Below the pieces are notes generated by a model. The model worked only from the letters and a program-made list of their open reading frames with translations. It was not told where the DNA came from and did not search any database. Both the position numbers and the translations under genes were made by a program. A stretch of DNA of 63,530 nt, the filler included, from Cercozoa sp. M6MM (lineage: Eukaryota > Protista > Endomyxa: Ascetosporea): NCBI GenBank assembly GCA_040357565.1. It is 11 parts of 11 records of this genome, joined end to end, with 100 filler letters (N's around TTAATTAATTAA, not from the genome) between each part and the next. Parts side by side here need not be neighbours in the genome. Positions count along the whole stretch, not along the records: positions 41,747 to 47,734 come from JBDODJ010000812.1; positions 47,835 to 54,019 come from JBDODJ010000775.1; positions 54,120 to 56,214 come from JBDODJ010001848.1; 8 more parts are not named here. One strand, given 5' to 3'. Shown piece after piece: positions 41,846 to 54,519 of the stretch. Numbering within the stretch: position 1 is the first letter of the stretch; each line of letters starts with the position of its first letter.

Positions 41846-43212
41846 GTCTCATTGTGTTTGCTGCCTTGGTCGCTGGGTGCAACATCGCCATGACCGACAA
41901 GAACGAGTACTCGTGTCACCCACACACAGTCTCAATGACACACATGTATATTGGGTCTGCGCGTGTCACTCAGTGAACCCTCGGTAGCGAGGTCGATGCG
42001 CAAGACGCGTCGGTGCTACGGCACCTTTTTCATCCTCTTGTACTGCAGCATTACCCATACTCCCCCCGCTCCGCCTTCATCCTCGAATTGTAGCACACTG
42101 GTGGTGGTGGTGCTTTGCGCTGTGACGGCCAAGTACGGCGAGCACACGCTGCGCGACATGTACGACATCGAAGTGCCGGTATTTCAGTCCATATATATAC
42201 GCATATCTATATAACTATGTGTGTGTCTATATATTTATGTATGTGCTGGCGTGATTTATGGGGTGTGTGTAGGCAGCAATCACCGCAGCGGAACTGGCGG
42301 CGCAGATGCAACTGGCTTGGTACAGCATCAGGCTCTGTCTTTAACTAGGGTCAAACTGCTGACTTGACTGTACCAAAATGTTGGATGAGACAGGGCGGTG
42401 GCTGCCGGCATGGCGATGGCACCGTCGGGCAGTGTGGCTGTCGCCTGGCGCAATGTCGGGTTTAACGTGAGTTGTCACTGCATATGTAACATCACATTGA
42501 TGTATACATGCTCGTGCATCTGCGTAGTTGATCAGCTCCTTCCAGCAAACCATCAAGAAGGTCGAGGACGTGCCGATTGAGGTACACGAACCTGTATCTA
42601 TGTGTGTATGTGTGTGTGTGTGTGTTATGTATGATATGGTAAATATGGTGTTGTAACAGGTCACGGACACTTTGAAGCTGCACCTGAGTCAACTGAATGA
42701 CATTCTCGACGCTGTTCCCACCGTAGGGCTTCTTTTTCCAAGTTTGCTTTGCGTCCTGTAACTGTAAGTAATTTCGCAGGACCCAAACTCGTTCGATCGC
42801 GATGCGACGACGACGTTGTTCCGTGACACGCTGGAGGTCAGCATGCCGGACTCGTGTAAGCTTTCGCATAGACCTTGACTCTGTCTGTATTGATATGGTA
42901 CAAGGAGCCATAAATACAGATGCGACCACTTTGGGGCACCGCAAGCAGACGAAAAATGACTTGTTTGGTATTATCATCCCTGCTCTTTGACTCTGCCGAA
43001 TTATAGCTGTACTGATTTTGACTGACACAGATGTGGTCGACTACGGCAAGGTGACCTCCATCGTCATGTTTAGCGTCAGCATCTCCATGTACCAACACTC
43101 TTCAGTTTCCCACTTCAAGTTTATTAATGCCGAGTGCTCTCAGTTTCCTCGTCGCTCTGTTCTGTGGTCTGTGCTACCTTCGACGCCAGCGCTTAGACTC
43201 TTGAACCCGTAG
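41846..43212 (+). CDS. 3' part of a membrane protein of unknown function, many short exons
   Basis: Hydrophobic exons (GLIVFAALVAGCNI; LVVVVLCAVTAKY) with GT-AG introns. Confidence 0.4.
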
Positions 43213-43462
43213 TGGCTGCAGTGCACCGGACGAGAGTGCACATGGATTGAAGTAAAAAACGCGGGACGGCGCATTGATCGCGATCACAGCCGCCTCAGAC
43301 TATAGTCGGCGCTGTTTTCTACACCCTAGCGCATCTCTGAATCTAAAACAGCGTCTGAAATCAGCAACATTCTGGCAAAATACAGGGCTGTTTACTTTGC
43401 TTTCAAGCAAGAGTCTACTGTATGGCGACACAATCCACTTTATCACAGTGGATTTAGTGTGG

Positions 43463-46400
43463 ATGCTGTTTCAGGTGCTGCTGATCGCACTATGGTGTGT
43501 TTGCAGTGGTGCAGCGAACGATGCTGGTGGAGTGATCGTTCGCAGCGGTGTGACGGTGACGGTGCGGGCGAGTTTCGACAGGTTCTCGCTGTGGACACAC
43601 CTGCTTCGGAGTGTCAACCACATGTCGGTTGTTTGTATGCCGAAGTTTCCTGCGTAGGCTAAAATTGTTCTTTTTGCAGTTGTCCCGAGGTGGAGTCAAT
43701 CGTTTCGGCACAGTTGCCAAAGGCCGCAGAGACACGCTGCAACGACAGTGCCGACGAAGTATTTGACTCCGTGCGCGAGTTGCTGCCGCCGCAAAAACTC
43801 GATCTCGTTCGTGTTGCGCTGCTGTCGCGAGCTTTCGGTCCTGCACTGGCTGCTGGTAGAACAAGCCACTTTTCAGTTTCGTTTCAGTTTTTTTTTTTAC
43901 TGTCCATTTTTTAGCTTTTGAGTTTCGCTCTAAAGTAGAGCTTGTGTTGTCCAGAGAACCGACTGGAAGGAGCCTGTCAACCTGGCAGAGTCCGCGGTTT
44001 CGCAGCTGCGCTGACTGGCAGGAATCGAGAGGTCGAGTTGCGACAGGAGAACCTTCAGTCGGAACAAGTGACTGCAGCAGGCGAAACGTCCGCTGAATTG
44101 GCGCGGCAGAAGGCAGATTTGAGTTTTCTGTTGCAGGCACTGCACACAGCCACAAACATCGGCAGTGAGAAGGCGCCTTTCTTCCGACAACTCGGGTCGC
44201 ATGCAGCCGCAGCGCTGCACGATATCTTTGGCGTCCAAGAGCATCCAACTGAGCAGTTGTAGGCTTTAATCCCCTCCCCCTCCTCACACAGACCTGTTCT
44301 ATTTACTCCCTGGCCTGTCGTTTTGTAGTCGGCAATTCGCGTGTTTCTTTGAGAATTTGAACCTGCTGGCACCGACGGTGATTCGGGTTAATTTCGACGT
44401 GCAGCATGCGTTGCAGGCAGCTCGTCCTGCACTCGCTTTTTTGTCCGGTTTCCTCTTTCCATGCTCATACGTATATATATATATAAGTTTATATATAAGT
44501 TAATACCCCCCCCCCCCCCCAGTAGAGTCAGGCACAGCCGTGCTGGTGAACGGAGTCGAGATAGAAGCGAGCGATGTGTACACATTGCAGGAGATGTTCC
44601 GCGCGGATGCAGAGTATCTGGAACAGTTGCAGCGACTGCTTAAAGTTTCGAACACTTCGCTGCTGCTCGACTTGCTGTCACTGCCGCTTGAGCAGGGTTA
44701 TTATACCCCACCCCTCCCTCCAGCTCTTTCTTGTTGACCCCTTACCTCCTGCAGAGAGTGCAAAGCAAGCGGCGATTCGGTCACTGCGGCAGCGACTGGG
44801 ACTGTCGGTGAGTGTGCTGGATATGCGTCTTCGGGAGGATGAGTCGGTATTACTTGCCAACGACATCGAAAGCGACGCCGAGTATTCGCACCTGTCGCCG
44901 TCGCTCACGACGCTCTTGTCGCAGCAGTTGCCGCGACGCAATCTCGTCGTGTGCACTCTCGTTTTGTCTCCGCTGCTTCGCTCGCACTGGCGCGCGCTGC
45001 TGCAGCTGCTCGATGTCGTCGCTTTCAACACTGTGCCGCTCCGACTCGACCTCGCTCTCGCCTGCTCTGGTGCTTTCGCTTCGACTTTCGCGCTTCGCGT
45101 TTCGCCCTTCGACTTTCGCTTCGACTTTCGCTTTTGATTTCACTTTGCCTGAGATTCTTTCGCTTTGATTTCGCTTTGATTTCGCTTTTGATTTTGCTTT
45201 GCTTCCCTGTTTGTTTCGCTTCGTGCAAGCTTCGTTCGCTTCGCGGTTTCGCATTCGCGTTGATTTTGAGTTGTGGTGCGAAAGGTTCGGAGGCGGAGCA
45301 AGTAGAGACTCTTCTGTGGCACGCGTTGAGTACTTTGCTCGATCGACGCGATCGCGACGGTGCGCGGAAACTCGCGACGCACTTGCTTCGACTCGAGAAG
45401 TGGGATTCCGACTCTGTTTGCGGTGTGCTTCGCGAGCTTTCGCTCGAAGATGTGTGCGAAATTTCGAAACAGAGCGAAGAAAGCGAAGCAGAGCCCAAAA
45501 TTTCGAAACAACGCGAAAGAGAGCTGATGCGTCGCTCGTGCAACTTTTCGCGTCGCAGAGCACTGAAGAGTGGCGATGTGTTCGTGAACGGCGCGAAAGC
45601 TTTGTCGCTCGAAAGCGAGCGAAGCAGTAACGATGTTTCGAAGCCACTCGTGTTGCAGCTCGATCGACGCATGGGCGCGGAACTGCGCTTCGTGCTGACG
45701 CTGCTGGAGTACGGCGCTTTGCGCGACAGCGACGTGAGCGACGGCGTCGCTTTTGACGACTTTTATTTCGAGAGCGAGTTGACGCCGTCGCTGCTGCCGA
45801 CGTTGAGCGAAGCTTTCGCTGAGTACGAAAGCGCTTCGCGCGATGCTTCGAGCGAAGCTTTGGGCGATGCTTCGAGTTGTGCTTCGGAAGCTTTGAGCGA
45901 AGCTTCGAGCGAAGACGAAGCGCGAAGCGAGTTCACGGCGAAAGAATTGATCTTCGTCGAAGCAGTTCCTGAAGGCGTCGTCGTGAACGGTCGCTTCATT
46001 GCGATGTCGAAAGCTTTGAGTGCACACGAGATCGCTTTGATAGAGCAGCGCGAGTTTGAGCGAATGCGCGTGTTGCTTCGCTTGCTGCGCGAGAGCGAAA
46101 TTCGCGCGACGTCGCGAGAGGTGCGATGCGTGGTTGAGTTGCTTCGAAAGCGACGTCGGCGAAGCAAAGCTGTTTCGGTCACTTCGAGTGCGCTCTTCGC
46201 CGACTCGGAAACGCGAGTGCTGCAGCATCGCTTCGCTTCGCGAGCGCCGCCTCTGTGGCGTCTGGATGTGTGTTGGCCCTCCCACTCAACCTCTTGCCTC
46301 TTGCCTCTTGTACCCCTCTAGTCCCCTCTCAGGTACTGGGCGACCCAGGCAGCGAGGCGATGCAGCTGCTGGTGTCGACGGCACGCGCGCTGCACGAGGT

Positions 46401-47700
46401 TGTCGATGCTCTGGAGGTGCGTTTCTTGCTGCTGCCGGACGTGGCTCAGGTAGAGTTTATCCCTGTTCCCCCCCCCCCCTCCCGTTTACCCCCTGTTTAC
46501 CGCCCCTTTAATTCTCATGTTTACCGCCCCTTGAACTCCATGTTTACCCCCTGTTTATCCCCTTTAATCCCCTTACCCCCTCCCCCAGTTGCCGCGTGCG
46601 ACGGCACTAGACGCATCGGTGTCGCCGGTGCGTCGGCAGCTGCGTATGTCGCTGCGAGACAGTGAGGGTGTCGAACTGCTGACACCGTCAGTGTCTGAGT
46701 CAGTGTCCGAGTCAGTGTCTGAGTCAGTGACGGTTCAGGTGCTAACGCCGGCCACGTGGCACACCGTCGCTGCCTCCGAGTCCGAGTGGCAGACGGTGCC
46801 GCTGACGCACGTGCGCTACGACCTGACGCACCTCGTGTTGCACGCGCACCTCTCGGTGTCACCGTCAGTGAGACACGTGGCACCGTCGCACGTGGCACCG
46901 TCGCACGTGGCACCGTCGGTGTCGCTGGCACTGGCCGACGCAGAGAGTGACGGTGCGACGACACGCGGCACCGTCGCCACGCGCAGCGGCTACCTGCAGC
47001 TGCAGGCGCGGCCGGGACGGTTCCAACTGATCGCACAGACACCGTCGCACGTGGTGACTAACGTGTCACTGGAGAAGGTACCGTCTGGGTTACCGTCTGG
47101 GTCACCGTCTGGGTCACCGTTGGCGACGGTGCGACTGGAGTCGTTCGCGCTGCGTTGGCGCCAGGTCGAGGTGTCTCGTTCGCCGTCTCCGACTGGGTGG
47201 TGGCACCGTCTAATCGACTGGGTGACCGGTGGCACCCTCAGTGGCACCGTCAGTGATCATCAGAGTGATCGCACGGTGCACGTGTTCAGTGTCGCCAGCG
47301 GTCGACTCTACGAACGACTGCTGCGCGTCATGCTGCTCTCCGTCACGCGGGTGCCCGGCTTTACCCCCCTGTTTACCCCCCCCCCCCCGTTTCCCCCCCT
47401 GTTTACCCCCTCTTTTACCCCTGTTTACCCCCTGTTTGCCCCCTCCGGCAGCACGCGTCCAGACGTGTCAAGTTCTGGCTGCTGGAGCACTCGGCGTCGC
47501 CGCGGTTGCGGCGCGACGTGCGGGCTTTCGCTGAGGTTTTACCCCTCTCTTTGCCCCCTCTTTGCCCCTCTCGTTATCCCTCTCTTTACCCACCTCTTCC
47601 TTGCCAGAAGTACGACTGCGAGGTAGAGTGGCTGCGCTACGAATGGCCGAGTTTTTTGCCAAGGCAGCAGGAGCGACATCGCGAGATCTGGGCCTACAAG
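43463..47700 (+). CDS. UGGT: UDP-glucose:glycoprotein glucosyltransferase, divergent, 3' truncated
   Basis: Signal peptide; NDIESDAEY...PRRNLV, GYLQLQARPGRF, and GT24 start TVHVFSVASGRLYERLLRVMLLSV..VKFWLL...YEWPSFL..Q.ERHREIWAYK. Confidence 0.9.
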
Positions 47701-47940
47701 GTTTTTTACCCCCCTCCCCCACGCTTTCTCTTTCNNNNNNNNNNNNNNNNNNNNNNNNNNNNNNNNNNNNNNNNNNNNTTAATTAATTAANNNNNNNNNN
47801 NNNNNNNNNNNNNNNNNNNNNNNNNNNNNNNNNNACATACATACATACATACATACATACATACATACATACATACACACATACATACATACATACACAT
47901 ACATACACACATACATACATACATAAAAATAGATATGTAC

Positions 47941-50900
47941 CAGGTAGACGAGTGCATTGTAGTGCGACAGCGGCAAGTGGTGCAACGCTGCCTTGCAGAA
48001 CTGCGTCAGCTCGGTCTGGAGGGAGGGAGGGAGTAAGGGTGGCAAGGGTACGGGTAAAGGTAGGGGTAAGGGGTAAGACACCTGCCGACTGGCGTGTTCC
48101 GGCGGCAACTGCGCGCACAAGGCCACCGGGAAAATAGGCGCATCTAGCGACTCGAGGAACCTCACTGCTCGGGGGGGGGGGGGGGGCAACGCGGGCAAAG
48201 GGGGGGGGGGGTTAAAGGGGCAAAAAGCACCGAGTACTTCGCCAACCGAATGCGGCGACAACGGACGCGTTTGTTCACTTTCCAACGGATCACCGACCAT
48301 CCTAAGTTTCCCCAAAAACAAGTTTTAGTTTATTGTGCCCACCCGCGCGGAATCTAAATCCTCTTGAGTACCATCCAAGTGGCATTCCACGCTCAAAGTC
48401 GGCTGCACAATGAAGGTATAGGGGGGAGGTAAACAGGCAACAGGGCGGGGTTAATAAACTGGGGGGGGTGGATAAAAGGAGGATAAAAGGGAGGATAAAA
48501 GGGAGGATAAAAGGGAGATAAAAGGGAGGATAAAGGGAGGGCAAAGCACCGCCAGTGTCGAGACACTCGCGCACGAAAGCGACCTCGGAGGCAATGCCCG
48601 GTGTCAGCAGCACGCGCGGCTCCTCCAGCGCACGTCGGTACAGCCAGTCCACGATGCGCCACAGTTCCTTCGGCAGCGCCAGTGTCTTGTGCGCCTCCAC
48701 CGGCACGCCGCTCTCCGACCGCGCCAGCTCGCGCATCGGTTGCGTGCACTTTACCTGCACACGATGCAGATACTCGGGTATAGGCAGTACACGAGTAGGG
48801 AGGTAACCAGAGTCTCGAGCGGCGCGCCAAAGCATGACAGCAGCATGTGGCCACCCAGTGATACTAAACAGGAAGGTTAATGGGGGTAAACAGCGGAGGT
48901 AAACAGGGGGAACAGGGGGGGGGGGGTAACACAGGGGGTAAGCAGGGGGGGGGGGCAAAACTACCGAATCGGTCGGGTCCGTTGTCGAGCGACAAAACGA
49001 GCGTCGATTCGAGCGCACCGCCTCGCTCCAGCAGCTGCCGCGCCGCCGATCTGCGCACACGCAGCCTTAATAGGACCCTTAAACAGATCCCGAGAACGGT
49101 CCAAACCTGCGTGTGGTGACATGACACGTCACTGTTAGTTGCATCGCCTCGCCCGGAAATCTGCACACCGACAGGTTCGTTTGGTTCATACTGCTGGTTG
49201 GAGGTCCAATTGTACACAATGCCGGACGCAGGCTCCGCGCGGAACCACGGCTTCAGCAGAAGTGCCGTCGGATCGCCTGCGTCCAGCAGATCGCCGCTGC
49301 CGCCGATTCCGGCTGCTGTCTCCACCTGTGGCAAAATACAGAAAAACCGGATGTCCATGAAGCAGGCTCGAAAAGCAACCTCGAAAAACAAGCTTGGTGA
49401 CAAGCAGAGAAAGCTACCAGTGATCGACGCTTGCCACGTTGCTGCTTGATGCGGAAGCGTGCCACCACATTTCCATCTGTTCAGTTCAGTAAGTCAAGTC
49501 AAAACAGTTCAGTCAAGTCAAGTCAAAACAGTTCAGTCAAGTCAAGTCAAAACAGTTCAGTCAAGTCAGTCAACAAAAAAAGTTCAGTCAAGTCAAAACA
49601 GTAAAGCCAAACCAGTCAAGTCAAACAGTCCAGTTGAGGCAAGTCAAGACAGTTCAGTCAAGTCGAGTCAAAATAGTCCAGACAGAGTGCACAGTCAGTT
49701 TAGAACTACCGTTGGTTACGACGAGTTTCTTGGAAATGGGCATATCGAATCTCACGTTCTCTGCAAGTTGTAACATCAGCGGATGAATTGGCGGGCGTGG
49801 TAAAATACCAAAACAAACAGATAAATAAATCTTACCAAACTCGAGGGTAGAACAGTCCAATTTGACACTCGGAGTTTGCGCATTCTCCCAACGGTCCAGT
49901 TCCTTGCTGTTGGGGTCCGAAAAGAATAAAGTGCGTGATTTTGTGATGTTTGGCAGTTGTTGTACCTGAGTTTTTCGTAGAGCAGTGCGCGTTTCTCGTT
50001 GTCGATGCGACGAACACGGCACTCAAACAATGCGGCCACTGGCTTGTGGTCCGAGATGCGCAATTCGGGCGCGTCCGTGTAGTGCAGCAGAGTCACTGGC
50101 GACTGCGTGGTCCATAGCACGCGATCACACCTGTGAAAGTACCGAAAATCACCAAAAACACCCGCAGAATTGAAACAAAACAGAACGAAGAACCAAGCGG
50201 GAACGCGGCGTTTCTTGTCATCTCGCTGCTGGTACTGATCGGTACCAGGCGTGAACTTGTACGTCGGCGGAAAGTCGATCGCTCCCTCCTCGAACTCGAC
50301 GAACTGCAAAACCCAGAATGCTCGACTGACCAAAAAACACAATGCAAAGTACCGCGTTGCCTTGTTGGCGTTGCCGGTTCAACTGATCCAGCTCGTTCAG
50401 GAACGCCCAGTCTCTCCTGTACAGACATGTGCAACAAGCCAACACAGTCAAATTAAAAAGGTGTACCTTTCAATGGCCGAGAGAACCGCCGGGAAGTCTT
50501 TCGTGTCGAGGCGGTAGTTTAGGTCGCCCTTTGGAATACTCACAAGTTGACTAATCAAGCAATCATAATGAAACCAACTACCAGCCACAGAATCGTGTCA
50601 TGCTGCCAAATATCACGCGACAACGGAACGCCCTAATCCACAATCACAAAAGTACAATAAAGCCGTCCGCGCGGATGGCGGAAGAAACGCTTGCGTACAT
50701 TTTCATCAACAGCAGCGACGTCGCTTTCGTCCAGAGCATTGCCGATCGAAGTGCTTCTGCAGTCAACACAGAGGATACAGGAATGGAAGGACGAGAAGAA
50801 ACACAAAGCAAAGAAAAAGCTACGGCAATCCGAATTTTAGTCGTGCGATAATGTTGGCATAGTCGGAATTTCGACCCATAACCTAAACAGCACGCAAAGC

Positions 50901-51829
50901 TCGTAAGAAGGAGACAACATTGAGTGTTGTCAGTACGTTATGCTGGTGCGCTGCCAGATGAGCGGCCACGATGCAGATACTCGAGTCGTAACTACCGAAC
51001 AAATGGTGTTGCAAGAAAAAAGTGATACAAAAACAATGCTGAAGAAAGGCACAGGTCGAAACGAATGGCCGCAGCGCCTTTGTTGCCGGCAACTCCCATG
51101 ATACCGACGCCCACAGTATCGAATTGCGTGTCACGGAGGGCGGCCCAGTGTTTCCGATGTACCCTGAACCATAACGAGTGCTTTCGAATCAGACCAAGCG
51201 TTCCCCTCCACAACACTCTTATTCATGTTTTCTGGTATACCACACGGCCAGCAGAATGCCGACCAGGTGCTTGTGCGCGACCTACCAACACTTCTAGTAA
51301 TCAACTTTCAAACATCAAATCCACATGGACACGAATCGATCCGTACCAAAGTGTACTCGTTGCCGAGTGTGCCCTGCATTCGTTCGATCCAAGGAACGTA
51401 CGCCTTGCTGTCGACCTGAGAGCCACAACCCGTCGCTGGACAAGCAGAAGGAGGAAACAAAGGGAAACAGTACGACGAGAGCGGAGGCATTCAATTCCAC
51501 AATCTCTTGGAAGCCAACTGCAACGAGATCGAACTGAGCTTCTTGCGGCGACACACTCGTGTACAGCCACTACACAAAACAGTTTCCGTTTGCATAATTT
51601 AGTGAAGAAAGCAGAGTGGTGCTACTTTTCGCAAGTCAGTCGTCTCTTTTGGCTTCTTTGCGTTCACATTCCAGGTGCCTGCAATGCAATCAATCGAGTG
51701 AACACATTCCTCACAGACCCACCTTCAGGCATAAAAGGCACCTGCAAACACGCGCAGAGTCTTCTCGGAGACGAATTGATTGCTGAGCTGCCGCAGCTGC
51801 ATCTCAATGCTGGCGTGTCGGCCCTCCAT
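47941..51829 (-). CDS. OCRL: OCRL/INPP5B-type inositol polyphosphate 5-phosphatase (5-phosphatase, ASH, RhoGAP-like), 3' truncated
   Basis: WNVN, GFQEIVEL, GNKGAAAIRF, HLAAHQ, WLGDLNYRL, FPPTYKF, PAWCDRVLW, SDHKPV; ASH exon; LPKELWRIVDWLY...RECLDTG...HSVGEVL.RFLESL. Confidence 0.9.
49487..49680. repeat. Intronic (AGTCA)n compound repeat with a 24-bp higher-order unit
   Basis: AAAACAGTTCAGTCAAGTCAAGTC repeated, then degenerate copies. Confidence 0.9.
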
Positions 51830-52181
51830 CTGGCGTTCTGGAGGCGACTGGGTATTTCAACCAAGCAAAAGTGATAAAGTAGATATATGCTTTGTTGCCT
51901 CAGCCACCACCACAAGTGGCGCACTCTTCAACCAACTTTACACAGTCACTTGGGATCGTCCCCTCAAGTGGGCAAGCGTGAGAAACATGCTTTGAGAGTG
52001 CTGGCTCATGTTGTCCAAACAGACACAACAGTGTCTCAGATCTCGTTATTTCCGGCTCCCTTGGCACCGCAGCCCAGACAACGTTAGTGGTGCTAGCTGG
52101 GTGCGCCAAACAGTGTGATCTGTTCATACTGTGGCAGACAGTGAGAAAACGGCCAGTGACGGATTTAGCAAGAAATATCAG

Positions 52182-53131
52182 ATGCACAGTTGGCACGCCC
52201 GAGCGTCGATGCTGATGTCGGCGGCGCTCACAGCGTTGCTCGCCGCGGCCGTGTTGATGAACCTCATGCCGCGCAGTGCTAAGTTTGGTACCGTTCAAGT
52301 CAACGCATGCAAAGATTCTTGCAAGAGAAACGCTGAGTGATCTGACCCACTTGACTGACTGCTTGTGTTGCCCAAACAGATGGCATTGTGAAACACCGCG
52401 ATCTGGAAGACGTGCGACTCGCTTCGTTGCAAGTCAATCGGTAGCTATCATTTGCCTTTGTCTTTCACTTGCTGAACTTTCACTTGACCCAACTTGACTG
52501 TCTCAACTTGACTGGTTTGACAAACGGCTTGTTTCTTCCTTGTAGGCGTCACAAAGCCGACGTTGCCGAGCTGCGATTCGACCTCGACGTCGATCTGACG
52601 CCGCTCTTTGACTGGACCACCAAGCAGGTCTTTGTGTTCCTCGTGGCCGAATACGAGGTGTTGTTGACCCTCTTGCACTCTGACCTTGTTCACATCCTTC
52701 CTCCCCTGCAACAGGCCAACGATCAAGAGCAGCGCGTCGTCGTTTGGGACAAAATTGTGCAGCGAAATGAGGATTACGTAAGTGTCGACAACCCAAAGAA
52801 ATATTAGGCTCTGTACTGTGTGTGCTGCAGCACCTGCAACTGAGACAGCAGCGAGGCAAGTACCCGCTTGTGGATTGGTATGTGCACATACCCTCCTCCT
52901 CTTTGATCTGCCCTTGTGTGTTGGGAGAGAGCTTTCTCATTCGACTGCAGGCACAAAGACCTGCGCGATCAAGACGTGCGTTTCCGCATCGGATGGGACA
53001 TCCACCCGACGGCCGGCTCGCTGGCCGTGTCGGCCAACACCGAGTCGCTGCAGGGCAGTCTACTGCTGCACACGCCCGACGACTACTTCAAGAAGCAGCG
53101 ACGCAAGCGAACGCGCTCTTCGTCCAAATAA
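52182..53131 (+). CDS. SPCS3: Signal peptidase complex subunit 3 (SPC22/23), 6 exons
   Basis: MHSWHARA..TM..LRFDLDVDLTPLFDWTTKQVFVFLVAEY...VVVWDKIV...KYPLVD...GWDIHPTAG; all junctions GT-AG and in frame. Confidence 0.92.
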
Positions 53132-53233
53132 ATAACCTTCGCCGAGTTTGTAGGGGAACAAACGAAACGAGTGAAAGAGAGGAACGTAAAGCTACATAGA
53201 CGACTCTGTCCGGGCACAACAGATCGGATCAGT

Positions 53234-53974
53234 TTACTCCGGCTTGGGCCTGGCCGTGAACTCGGCGTCCTCGACGTCCTTGCCCGTGTCAGTCTGCGCC
53301 TGCTGCTGTGCCTGCTCACAGTTCAGTATTAAGCATCATTAAATGCACATACTATATAGATTTATATAAAGTATATATTCTGGTACGTTCATGTGCTTGC
53401 CGATCTGCATGAGCTTCTGCTCAAGCGTCTGCGTGCACTCGTGCAGGCGCGGCAGGTTAGCCTGAGGACACACAGTTAGATACAAAGTTAATATATACCA
53501 GGACAGGAACAGAGGGGAGGGTACGTGGCTCTTGTCCATGTCATCGAGCGGCACGTCGTCGATGGCGACGCGCAGCGCATCGATGGCGCCCTGGATCTCG
53601 TCGACAATCTCCTTGGGCAGCTTGTCCTTGAACTCCGACAGCTGCGTCTCCGACGAGTACGACAGCGTCTCGGCCGTGTTGCGCGCCTGCGCCACCTCCT
53701 TTCGCTGCACACCAGGGGTAGAGGTAAACACCAGGGGTAGGGGCAGGGTGTATTGTGTGTGGGTCATACCTTGGAGTCAGCCTCGGCGTGCTGCTCGGCC
53801 TCCTGTCGCATGCGCTCGATCTCCTCAGGCGTGGCACCGCCGTCCGACTTGATCGACACCGACTGCTGCTTGTTGGTGGCCTTGTCCACGGCAGTGACCT
53901 GCACGATGCCGTCCTGGTTGATGTCGAACGTCACCTCGATCTGCGGGTGGCCACGCGGCGCCGGCGGGATGCCC
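53234..53974 (-). CDS. Mitochondrial-type Hsp70 (DnaK-like), C-terminal part
   Basis: [46 protein letters not shown]...AEADSKRKE...DVEDAEF. Confidence 0.92.
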
Positions 53975-54519
53975 TGCGTGGGGGGAGAGATAGTACACTG
54001 CTAGGCTGTGGGGGGGGGGNNNNNNNNNNNNNNNNNNNNNNNNNNNNNNNNNNNNNNNNNNNNTTAATTAATTAANNNNNNNNNNNNNNNNNNNNNNNNN
54101 NNNNNNNNNNNNNNNNNNNATCGCAAGAATGAAGGGCGAGACGGCGTTAAAGCAACGGCAAAGAGGCGGTTAAAGAAAGGTTCGATCGCGAGTTTGGCTC
54201 GAGCTCGAGTCTAGTATTGCTGGTGCGACATCGTCCACCTTCCGCTCTCTGCATTGAATTCAATTGTATACGCGATCGTTATTTAGTTGCAGTAAAACAG
54301 CAGGTGGCCCTAGCAGTTATGATCGGATAGTTTACTTACTTCCAGCCTACTACAGCAACCCCCATTGAGGAACTTCAGGTTCGTCGCTAAAATAAATCAA
54401 AAAGTACGACGTTAACGTTCACGACTCGCGCGGCGACGGGACAACCAAACGAAGGCAAAGAACTCCCGCTAGACCCGACCCTTTACCGAAACGAATGGCG
54501 GCAAGCCCAAATGAGTTAG

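Noticed and set aside
45140-46285. 381-aa antisense ORF and other overlapping ORFs as real genes
   Set aside because: Explained by local depletion of TA and stop codons; the + strand frame carries the UGGT motifs.
47941-53131. Alternative genetic code (stop-codon reassignment)
   Set aside because: The conserved genes I spliced (OCRL, SPCS3, GRK, Hsp70) have no in-frame stops, and TAA, TAG and TGA all act as terminators in the window.
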